From Clostridia bacterium (lineage in GTDB: Bacteria > Bacillota > Clostridia > Oscillospirales > Acutalibacteraceae): a stretch of DNA of 64,000 nucleotides. The notes below the pieces were generated by a model that was not told where the DNA came from, did no database searches, and saw nothing but the letters and a program-made list of their open reading frames with translations. The position numbers and the translations under genes are program-made. The stretch is taken from positions 46,079 to 110,078 of the forward strand of contig JAFXBF010000007.1 of the NCBI GenBank assembly GCA_017516745.1, given 5' to 3'. The stretch's first letter is position 1. The number at the start of each line of letters is the position of its first letter. This document shows positions 28,413 through 36,760 of the stretch, piece by piece.

Positions 28413-29423
28413 ATGGTAGTAGTACTTAAAAGCAACGCAACACAAAATCAGCTCGACAACCTTATAAGCTGGCTTGAAGAACAAAAGGTTCTTGTTCATA
28501 TTTCAAAGGGTGAATACCAGACCATTCTCGGCCTTGTAGGCAACACAACAGCCATTGATACTGACCTTATAGAGGGTCTTGATATAGTTGAAAGCGTAAA
28601 AAGAATTTCCGACCCGTTCAAGAGCGCAAACAGAAAGTTCCACCCTGATGACACGGTAGTTGACTGCTCGGGCGTAAAAATCGGCGGCGGTGAATTTGCA
28701 ATTATCGCAGGCCCTTGCTCTGTTGAAAGCGAAGCACAGATACTCGAGGTTGCAACAAAAGTTAAGGCAGGCGGTGCAACGCTCCTTCGAGGCGGCGCTT
28801 TCAAGCCGAGAACCTCCCCCTACGATTTCCAGGGTCTTCACGCTCAGGGTATTGAGCTGCTGCTTGAAGCAAAGGAAAAGACGGGTATGCCGATAGTAAC
28901 TGAAATTATGAGCGCACATCACCTTCCCTTATTTGAAAAGGTTGACGTTATTCAGGTCGGTGCACGCAATATGCAGAATTTTGAGCTTCTCAAGGAGCTG
29001 GGCAGAACAAACAAGCCCATACTTCTTAAAAGAGGACTTGCAAACACGCTTAAAGAGCTGCTTATGAGTGCCGAATACATTATGGCAGGCGGTAACGAGA
29101 ACATCATTCTCTGTGAAAGAGGTATCCGTACCTTTGAAACCTACACGAGAAACACGCTTGACCTTTCCGCCGTACCGATGCTCAAGGAGCTCACGCATCT
29201 GCCCGTAGTAATTGACCCCAGCCACGCAAGCGGTATTGCAAGGCTGGTAAAGCCAATGGCAATGGCTGCCGCAGCAGCAGGTGCAGACGGACTTATGATA
29301 GAGGTACACAACGACCCGCAGCACGCTTTGTGTGACGGACCCCAGTCACTCACACCCGAACAGTTTGAGGACGTTGCAAGGCGTGTATTCGCAATACGCA
29401 AAGCAGTTGCAGAGCTTGACTGA
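28413..29423 (+). CDS. aroF: 3-deoxy-7-phosphoheptulonate (DAHP) synthase, type I-beta with an N-terminal regulatory domain
   Basis: 336 aa. An N-terminal ~70-aa ferredoxin-like domain (VVVLKSNATQNQLDNL) precedes the catalytic core (IAGPCSVES..., GA..LRGGAFKPRTSPY.FQG). Confidence 0.92.
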   Translation: MVVVLKSNATQNQLDNLISWLEEQKVLVHISKGEYQTILGLVGNTTAIDTDLIEGLDIVESVKRISDPFKSANRKFHPDDTVVDCSGVKIGGGEFAIIAGPCSVESEAQILEVATKVKAGGATLLRGGAFKPRTSPYDFQGLHAQGIELLLEAKEKTGMPIVTEIMSAHHLPLFEKVDVIQVGARNMQNFELLKELGRTNKPILLKRGLANTLKELLMSAEYIMAGGNENIILCERGIRTFETYTRNTLDLSAVPMLKELTHLPVVIDPSHASGIARLVKPMAMAAAAAGADGLMIEVHNDPQHALCDGPQSLTPEQFEDVARRVFAIRKAVAELD

Positions 29424-29459
29424 TAAATTAACCGATAAACAGCAAAGGAGAAAAAAGCA

Positions 29460-30302
29460 ATGAAAATAGGTATATGCGGCCTCGGTCTTATAGGAGGCTC
29501 ACTTGCAAAGGCATTTAAAAGAGCAAACGAAACCGTATTCGGCTACGACATAGACACCCCCGTTACCGACTATGCGGTAATGGCAGGAATTACCGACGGC
29601 GTGCTTGACGGCAAAACAATAGCTGAATGTGATTATATTTTCGTTGCACTTTACCCCAACGCTGTGGTAGAATATATTGATAAGATTTCCGAAAGGGTAA
29701 AAAAGGGAGCAACGGTGGTTGACCTTTGCGGTACAAAGGCAACTGTCTGTCCACCCTGTTTCAGAATAGCCGAAGAAAACGGATTCAACTTTGTGGGCGG
29801 CCACCCGATGGCAGGCACACAGTTTTCGGGGCTGAAAAATTCCAAGGAAACACTTTTCGACGGCGCAACGATGATACTTGTACCAAAGCCCAACGAGGAT
29901 ATGCATTTACTGGCAGACCTTCGTGACGTACTTTTGAAAGCCGGCTTCGGCACGGTTACGGTATCCACACCCGAGGTGCACGACGTAAATATCGCCTACA
30001 CCTCACAGCTTGCTCACGTTGTTTCAAACGCCTACGTCAAAAGCCCCCGTTCAAAGGTGCACAAGGGCTTTTCTGCAGGAAGCTACAAGGATCTGACCCG
30101 TGTTGCGTGGCTGAACGAAAATATGTGGACACAGCTTTTCCTTGAAAATTCCGAAAACCTGATTACGGAAATTGACCTGATGATAGAAAACTTAAAGAAA
30201 TACAGCGATGCTTTAAAGGAAAAAGACGAAGAAAAAATCAGAGACCTGCTGCGTGAAGGCAGGCTTATGAAGGAAGCGGTTGACAGTGACGAAAAGAATT
30301 GA
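29460..30302 (+). CDS. tyrA: Prephenate dehydrogenase
   Basis: Rossmann motif IGICGLGLIGGSLAK and ...GGHPMAG. Confidence 0.9.
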   Translation: MKIGICGLGLIGGSLAKAFKRANETVFGYDIDTPVTDYAVMAGITDGVLDGKTIAECDYIFVALYPNAVVEYIDKISERVKKGATVVDLCGTKATVCPPCFRIAEENGFNFVGGHPMAGTQFSGLKNSKETLFDGATMILVPKPNEDMHLLADLRDVLLKAGFGTVTVSTPEVHDVNIAYTSQLAHVVSNAYVKSPRSKVHKGFSAGSYKDLTRVAWLNENMWTQLFLENSENLITEIDLMIENLKKYSDALKEKDEEKIRDLLREGRLMKEAVDSDEKN

Positions 30303-31338
30303 AGTTAACGCAGGCAAGCCCTACAGCGTAAAAATCGGCAAAGGTCTGCTTGACAAAACGGGTGAAGAGGCAAAGGCACTCGGGCTTGACGGCAAGGCAC
30401 TCATAATAAGCGACGACAATGTTGCCGCACTTTATATTGAAAAAGTGAGTGCTTCACTTAAAGAAGCTGGCTTTGAGGTATTCAGCTTCGTAATTCCTCA
30501 CGGCGAAGGCTCAAAATCCGCCGAAAACCTGATTGCAATACTCGAATTTGCCGCAGAAAATTCATTCAGCCGCACGGACACGTTTTTTGCCCTGGGCGGC
30601 GGTGTAGTCGGCGACCTTTGCGGCTTTGCAGCTTCCGTTTATATGAGAGGCGCAAATTTCGTTCAGCTTCCCACTACCCTGCTTGCGGCGGTTGATTCCT
30701 CCGTAGGCGGTAAAACGGCAATAGACCTTCAAGCCGGCAAAAACCTTGCAGGTGCCTTTTATCAGCCGAAGTTCGTGCTATGCGACACAGACACCTTTGA
30801 CACCCTACCCGATGAGGAATTTTCAAACGGTATGGCAGAGGTTATCAAGTACGGTATGTTCTGCGACGGTGAATTTCTTGATATTCTTACAGAAAACAAC
30901 ACGGATATTGAAAGCATAATTGCACGCTGTGTTCAGATTAAGGCAAAGGTTGTTGAGGCAGACGAGTTTGACAAAGGAGAAAGAATGTTCCTTAATTTCG
31001 GTCATACGGTTGCACACGCCGTTGAGAATTTAAGCAGCTATACCACTCCGCACGGAAGTGCAGTTGCAATAGGTATGGCGGTAATCACAAAAGCCGCAAT
31101 TGCTATGGGTAAATGTGAAAACGAAGCTTTGGAAATTCTGATTGAACTATTAAAAAAATACAAGCTCCCCTTTGAATGTCCCTACGGCGTTGATGAGGTT
31201 TTTGAGGTTACGCTAAAGGATAAGAAAAATGCCCACGGTAAAATAACACTCGTTATCCCCACGGGCAAAGGCGAAAGCGTACTGCAAAAATGCGATTATA
31301 ATGAACTCAAAGAAATTATTACACTCGGATTGAAGTGA
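30280..31338 (+). CDS. aroB: 3-dehydroquinate synthase
   Basis: ALGGGVVGDLCGFAAS, ...VQLPTTLLA.VDSSVGGKTAI. The start is uncertain (TTG 30280 or GTG 30286) and overlaps the tyrA 3' end. Confidence 0.9.
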   Translation: MTVTKRIEVNAGKPYSVKIGKGLLDKTGEEAKALGLDGKALIISDDNVAALYIEKVSASLKEAGFEVFSFVIPHGEGSKSAENLIAILEFAAENSFSRTDTFFALGGGVVGDLCGFAASVYMRGANFVQLPTTLLAAVDSSVGGKTAIDLQAGKNLAGAFYQPKFVLCDTDTFDTLPDEEFSNGMAEVIKYGMFCDGEFLDILTENNTDIESIIARCVQIKAKVVEADEFDKGERMFLNFGHTVAHAVENLSSYTTPHGSAVAIGMAVITKAAIAMGKCENEALEILIELLKKYKLPFECPYGVDEVFEVTLKDKKNAHGKITLVIPTGKGESVLQKCDYNELKEIITLGLK

Positions 31339-31344
31339 TAAGAT

Positions 31345-32553
31345 ATGAAAGCAATTATAACTCCCTCTGCTCTCTGCGGTGAGGTAAAAGCGCCTGCTTC
31401 AAAATCGGTTGCACACCGTGCGCTAATCTGTGCAGCGTTGAGCGACAGGGCAACAAAAATTGATTGTTCCACCACCTCTGCCGATATTGAAGCCACGGCT
31501 GACTGCTTAAGACAGCTTGGTGCAAGAATCACAAAAACAGATACGGGCTTTTTAGTTGACCCGATAACCGACTCGACTGAAAACGCCGTGCTCAACTGCG
31601 GTGAGAGCGGTTCAACACTCCGTTTTATGTTACCCGTTGCCGCTTCACTCGGTAAAGCTGTTTCACTTTACGGAAGCGGCAGATTGCCCGAAAGACCCAT
31701 AGGTGAGCTGTGCGAAGCCCTGCGCTCACACGGGTGCATTACAAGTGGCGACACCATTCCCTTGACGGTAAGCGGAAAGCTCGAAGCAGGCGACTATGTT
31801 ATTGACGGCAGTGTCAGCTCACAGTTCATAAGCGGTCTGCTGCTCAGCTTGCCACAGACCCACGCAGAATCAACGGTTACGGTAATTGGTGAAATTCAGT
31901 CAAAGCCATATATTAATATGACTTTATCCGTACTTTCCGACTTTGGAATCAAGACGGAATTCAAGGGGAACAAGATAAAAATATTCCCAAACAACGGCTT
32001 TATTTCTCCCGAAAAATACACAGTTGAGGGCGATTGGTCGAACGGAGCGTTCTTCATCTGTGCCGATGCAATTGACGGCAACGATGTAAAGTGTTCCAAC
32101 TTGACAGATAAATCAATACAAGGTGACAAGGCCGTTGCCGAAATTACAAAAAAATACGGCTCGGATATAAGAATTGATGTCGGCAATATACCCGACCTTG
32201 TGCCCGTGCTTGCGGTTACGGCGTGTTTTTTCAAGGCAACAACCGTATTTTATAACGCCGCAAGGCTGAAAATCAAAGAAAGCGACCGTTTGCTTTCAAC
32301 ACAAAAACTCATAACCGACCTTGGCGGCTGTGCCGAGGCGACAGATGACACACTGACCGTTTACGGCAACGGAAAATTAAGCGGCGGAACGGTTGATTCG
32401 TTCAACGACCACCGCATAGTTATGGCGGCGGCAATTGCGGCAGCAGCGTGCGAAAAAGAAACGGTAATCAACGGCTGTGAGGCCGTAAACAAATCCTACC
32501 CCACTTTTTTTGAAGAGTATAAAGCTTTGGGCGGTAAAGTAAAATTAGATTAA
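31345..32553 (+). CDS. aroA: 3-phosphoshikimate 1-carboxyvinyltransferase (EPSP synthase)
   Basis: PASKSVAHRALI.AAL, ...GESGSTLRF, ...DHRIVMAAAIAA. Confidence 0.92.
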   Translation: MKAIITPSALCGEVKAPASKSVAHRALICAALSDRATKIDCSTTSADIEATADCLRQLGARITKTDTGFLVDPITDSTENAVLNCGESGSTLRFMLPVAASLGKAVSLYGSGRLPERPIGELCEALRSHGCITSGDTIPLTVSGKLEAGDYVIDGSVSSQFISGLLLSLPQTHAESTVTVIGEIQSKPYINMTLSVLSDFGIKTEFKGNKIKIFPNNGFISPEKYTVEGDWSNGAFFICADAIDGNDVKCSNLTDKSIQGDKAVAEITKKYGSDIRIDVGNIPDLVPVLAVTACFFKATTVFYNAARLKIKESDRLLSTQKLITDLGGCAEATDDTLTVYGNGKLSGGTVDSFNDHRIVMAAAIAAAACEKETVINGCEAVNKSYPTFFEEYKALGGKVKLD

Positions 32554-32565
32554 TGGAGATACATT

Positions 32566-33654
32566 ATGGAATCCTCTACAGGTGAAAACATTAAAATAAC
32601 AATATTCGGTGAGTCACACTCTCCCGAAATCGGCGTTACAATTGACGGATTTCCCGTCGGTTTTGAGATTGACGAAGAAAGGCTTGCCGCATTTATGGCA
32701 AGAAGAGCCCCCGGCAGAGATAAATTTTCCACCCAGCGCAAAGAAGTGGACAAGGTTGTATTTCTGTCGGGATTAACGGATAGCAAGACTGACGGCACAA
32801 CCATTCGTGCGGTTATTTACAACAGCAACCAGCGCTCAAAGGATTATTCCGAGCTGCGTGATAAGCCCCGACCGGGTCACGCAGATTATACGGCGAGGAT
32901 GAAATACGGCGAAGAGTACGATGTTTCCGGCGGCGGACATTTTTCCGGCAGGCTGACTGCACCGCTTTGCATTGCAGGCGGTATATGTATGCAATGGCTT
33001 GAAAGCAAGGGTATCACCATAGGCGCACATATAGCAAGCATCCACGGCATTAACGACAAAAAATTTGACAGCGTAAATATAACAGCCGAAGAGTTGACCG
33101 CTCTTAAGGAAAAGCCCTTCACCTGCATTGATGACGGGGCGGCTGAAAAAATGAAGGCTGAAATTCTTGCCGCAAAGGATGACTGCGATTCGGTAGGCGG
33201 TACGGCTGAATGTGCCGTTATCGGCTTGCCGACAGGCTTGGGCGGCCCTATGTTCAGCGGAATTGAAAGCAAGATTTCGCTTAACGTTTTCGGAATTCCT
33301 GCCGTAAAGGCCATTGAGTTCGGCGCAGGCTTTGAAAGCACCCGACTTTTCGGAAGCGAAAACAACGACGAATTTTACTTTGACGAAAACGGGAACGTAA
33401 AAACACGCACAAACAACTGCGGCGGTATACTCGGCGGTATTTCCAACGCCATGCCGCTTATATTCACGGCAGCGTTCAAGCCCACACCCTCAATTTACAA
33501 AACGCAGAACACGGTTTCACTTGAAAATAAAGAAAACACAACGCTTAACATAGTCGGCAGACACGACCCGTGCATTGTTCAGCGTGCTGTACCCGTAGTC
33601 GAAGCGGCAGCGGCGCTGACAATTGCCGATATGATGATTGGAGAGAACAAATAA
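32566..33654 (+). CDS. aroC: Chorismate synthase
   Basis: FGESHSPEIGVTIDG.P, ...RPGHADYT, ...GRHDPC.V.RAVPV.EA. Confidence 0.95.
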   Translation: MESSTGENIKITIFGESHSPEIGVTIDGFPVGFEIDEERLAAFMARRAPGRDKFSTQRKEVDKVVFLSGLTDSKTDGTTIRAVIYNSNQRSKDYSELRDKPRPGHADYTARMKYGEEYDVSGGGHFSGRLTAPLCIAGGICMQWLESKGITIGAHIASIHGINDKKFDSVNITAEELTALKEKPFTCIDDGAAEKMKAEILAAKDDCDSVGGTAECAVIGLPTGLGGPMFSGIESKISLNVFGIPAVKAIEFGAGFESTRLFGSENNDEFYFDENGNVKTRTNNCGGILGGISNAMPLIFTAAFKPTPSIYKTQNTVSLENKENTTLNIVGRHDPCIVQRAVPVVEAAAALTIADMMIGENK

Positions 33655-33655
33655 T

Positions 33656-34798
33656 ATGGATCTGCAGCAGATAAGACAGGATATTGACAATATTGACACA
33701 CAGCTTGTTGAGCTTTTCAGGCAGAGAATGGAAAAAGCGGCAAGCGTTGCCGAATACAAAAAACAAAACTCAATGAGCATTTACGACCCTGCAAGAGAAC
33801 GTGCGCTGTTGCAGCGTGTGTCCGACCTTGCAGGTGAAGAACACGAGGCGAACACGAGGCTGATGTTTTCGCTACTGATGGATCTTTCAAAGTCCTATCA
33901 GGCTAAGCTCCTTCTGCCCGAATCTAAATACGAAAAAATAATTACCTCTGCATTATCAGAAACCTCTCTCCTTTTCCCCGAGAGAGCAACCGTTGCCTGC
34001 CAGGGCACGGAGGGTGCCTATGCTCAGGTTGCGTGCAACAAGCTTTTTGCTCTTCCCAATATTATGTATAACAATTCGTTCGAAGGCGTTTTCAACGCGG
34101 TTGAATCCGGGCTTTGCAAATACGGCGTACTGCCGATTGAAAACAGCACGGCAGGCTCGGTCAACAGCATTTACGACTTGATGATGAAGCACAGCTTTTA
34201 TATCGTGAGAAGCACGAGAGTGCAGATTAACCACTGCCTGCTTGTGAAGCCCGGCACGAAATTCGAGGATATAAAGGAAATTATTTCCCACGAGCAGGCA
34301 CTCAGCCAGTCGAGCGATTTTCTGGGCTCCCTTGACGGTGTTAAAACAACCGCCTACGCCAACACGGCGCTTGCCGCACAGGCTGTTGCGCAAAGCGACA
34401 GAGGCGATATTGCGGCCCTCGGCTCCTCGGAATGTGCCGCTCTTTACGGCTTGACCGTGCTCAAAAGAGCCGTGCAGAATAAGGGCAGTAATTACACGCG
34501 CTTTATCTGCATTTCAAAAAAGCCCGAAATTTATCCCGGCGCGGACAGAACGAGCCTTATGCTCATCCTTCCCCATAAGCCGGGCTCGCTTTACAAAATT
34601 ATTTCCCGTTTCTATGCACACGGTATCAATATGACAAAGCTTGAAAGCCGTCCCATACCGGGCAGCGACTTTGAGTTTATGTTCTATTTTGACGTAGGCA
34701 CCTCGGTTTACTCCCCTGCCCTCAAGCAGCTTATATGTGAGCTTGAAACGGAGCTTGACAACTTCACCTACCTTGGCAGTTACTCAGAAATCGTATAA
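33656..34798 (+). CDS. pheA: Bifunctional chorismate mutase / prephenate dehydratase (P-protein)
   Basis: An N-terminal CM type 2 helix (LQQIRQDIDNIDTQLVELFRQRM) is followed by PDT and ACT domains (...ENSTAGSV..., ESRP). The start ATG 33656 lies after GGAGAG. Confidence 0.9.
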   Translation: MDLQQIRQDIDNIDTQLVELFRQRMEKAASVAEYKKQNSMSIYDPARERALLQRVSDLAGEEHEANTRLMFSLLMDLSKSYQAKLLLPESKYEKIITSALSETSLLFPERATVACQGTEGAYAQVACNKLFALPNIMYNNSFEGVFNAVESGLCKYGVLPIENSTAGSVNSIYDLMMKHSFYIVRSTRVQINHCLLVKPGTKFEDIKEIISHEQALSQSSDFLGSLDGVKTTAYANTALAAQAVAQSDRGDIAALGSSECAALYGLTVLKRAVQNKGSNYTRFICISKKPEIYPGADRTSLMLILPHKPGSLYKIISRFYAHGINMTKLESRPIPGSDFEFMFYFDVGTSVYSPALKQLICELETELDNFTYLGSYSEIV

Positions 34799-34814
34799 GA
34801 AAAGAGACTAAACC

Positions 34815-36044
34815 ATGCGTTTCGGACTACTCGGCCGCAAGCTCGGCCACAGCTACTCGCCGCAGATACATTCACTTTTAGGCGATTACGAATATCCGCT
34901 CTACGAAAAAGAGCCCGATGAAATAGCAGAATTTCTCACAACCAGCGGCTTTGACGGAATGAATGTCACCATACCCTACAAGGAAACCGTTATGTCCTAT
35001 ATGTCGGGGCTTTCCGATTCGGCGAAGAAAATCGGCTCGGTAAACACGGTTACACGCCTGCCCGACGGCACGCTTTACGGCGACAACACGGATTATTACG
35101 GCTTTTCCTTTCTGCTTGAAAGCGCAGGCTTTGATGTCAAAGACAAAAAGGTTGTCGTGCTCGGCAACGGCGGTGCGAGCAAAACAGTTGTCTGCGTCTG
35201 CCGTGACAAGGTTGCAAGGGAAATCACCGTTATTTCACGCAGGAGTGAAACGGACAACTACGAAAATATCACAAAGCACGCCGATGCGGATTACATTATC
35301 AACACAACACCCGTTGGTATGTACCCGAACAACGGCGAAAGCCCTGTTGATTTGTCAATTTTCAAAAGCTGCAAGGGCGTTGCCGACCTCATTTACAACC
35401 CTGCCAAAACACGGTTTATTCTTGACGCCGAAGCACTCGGAATACCTGCGGTAAACGGACTTGTTATGCTCTGCGCCCAGGCAGTTAAAGCGGCAGAAAG
35501 TTTTATTAAAACAGATTTTGACAAAAACAAAACGCTTGAAATACTCTCCGCACTCGAAAAGCAGATGAAAAACATTGTGCTTGTGGGTATGCCCGGCTGC
35601 GGTAAATCCACGGCAGGCAGGCTGCTGGCACAAAAGCTGAACAGAGATTTTGTTGACACCGACAGCCTTATAGTTGAAAACGAAAAAATGCCCATACCCG
35701 AAATTTTCGAGAAATACGGCGAGGAGTATTTCCGCAACGCCGAAGCAAAAGCGGTTGCCGAAGCAGGGAAAATGAGCGGTAAAATAATCGCAACGGGCGG
35801 CGGTGCAATACTGCGTGAGGAAAACAAAACGGCGCTCAGACAAAACGCCATTGTTGTGCACTTAAACCATGATATTTCATCACTTGCCATTGACGGCAGA
35901 CCCTTGAGCAAAGCAAACAAGCTCCAGGAGATGTACAACGCCCGTCTGCCGCATTACAAAGCGGTAAGCGATATGTCGGTTGAGGTGGATTCCGACCCCG
36001 AAATAACAGTTGAACGAATACTGAAAGGACTTGAAGAAAAATGA
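34815..36044 (+). CDS. aroE-aroK: Fused shikimate dehydrogenase (AroE) and shikimate kinase (AroK)
   Basis: The N-terminal part carries GHSYSPQIH...NVTIPYK (AroE). From about residue 251 comes MKNIVLVGMPGCGKST...DTD (AroK Walker A), in the same frame with no stop between. Confidence 0.9.
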   Translation: MRFGLLGRKLGHSYSPQIHSLLGDYEYPLYEKEPDEIAEFLTTSGFDGMNVTIPYKETVMSYMSGLSDSAKKIGSVNTVTRLPDGTLYGDNTDYYGFSFLLESAGFDVKDKKVVVLGNGGASKTVVCVCRDKVAREITVISRRSETDNYENITKHADADYIINTTPVGMYPNNGESPVDLSIFKSCKGVADLIYNPAKTRFILDAEALGIPAVNGLVMLCAQAVKAAESFIKTDFDKNKTLEILSALEKQMKNIVLVGMPGCGKSTAGRLLAQKLNRDFVDTDSLIVENEKMPIPEIFEKYGEEYFRNAEAKAVAEAGKMSGKIIATGGGAILREENKTALRQNAIVVHLNHDISSLAIDGRPLSKANKLQEMYNARLPHYKAVSDMSVEVDSDPEITVERILKGLEEK

Positions 36045-36466
36045 AAATACTTGTTATAAACGGTCCTAATTTAAATATGCTTGGTATAAGAGAGCCCGAA
36101 ATATACGGCAGTAAAACCTATGCGGATTTATGCGGTATGATATCAAGTTACTGCGAAAAAAGCCAAATTGAGGCCCAGTTTTACCAGTCCAACCACGAGG
36201 GCTGTCTTGTAGATAAAATTCAGGAAGCCTACGGAAAGGTTGACGGAATAGTAATCAACCCCGGCGCATATACGCACACAAGTGTCGCCTTGCTCGATGC
36301 AGTCAAGGCTGTCGGCATTCCCACAGTTGAGGTGCACATTTCCGACCCCGACGAGAGAGAGGAATTCCGCAAGATTTCTTACATACGTGCCGCCTGTGTC
36401 GCAACGGTAAAAGGCAAGGGCTTTGACGGATACCTTGAAGCAGTGGATATATTAAACAGAATATAG
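36041..36466 (+). CDS. aroQ: Type II 3-dehydroquinate dehydratase
   Basis: ILVINGPNLNMLGIREPEIYG, ...QSNHEG..., INPGAYTHTS. Confidence 0.93.
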   Translation: MKILVINGPNLNMLGIREPEIYGSKTYADLCGMISSYCEKSQIEAQFYQSNHEGCLVDKIQEAYGKVDGIVINPGAYTHTSVALLDAVKAVGIPTVEVHISDPDEREEFRKISYIRAACVATVKGKGFDGYLEAVDILNRI

Positions 36467-36508
36467 AAAAGAATAACCCGACCTTGGAAGCTCCGAGGTC
36501 GGGTTGTT

Positions 36509-36714
36509 AAATTGGAGTATGTAGGGGCGGCCTTTGTGTCGTCCGTGGTCAAAACAAGATGCCGTTTTACTTGCCTCCCTCTGACGAGGGAGGTGGGTTT
36601 TGCGTTGGCAAAACTCGGAGGGAGAGAAATAAAATATTGAAACAGCGTTATTATTAATCTCTCCCTCAGTCAAAATCGCTTTGCGATTTCGACAGCTCCC
36701 TCGTCAGAGGGAGC
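36509..36714. repeat. Palindrome-dense spacer (several REP-like hairpins)
   Basis: A copy of AAATTGGAGTATGTAGGGGCGGCCTTTGTGTCGTCCGTG; CCTCCCTCTGACGAGGGAGG (36574-36593); GAGGGAGAGA / TCTCTCCCTC (36618-36627 / 36657-36666); AAATCGCTTTGCGATTT; GCTCCCTCGTCAGAGGGAGC (36695-36714). Confidence 0.55.
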
Positions 36715-36760
36715 CAAATATAATAGCATTTAAACATTTCGGCAAACCGCAATTTGTATT

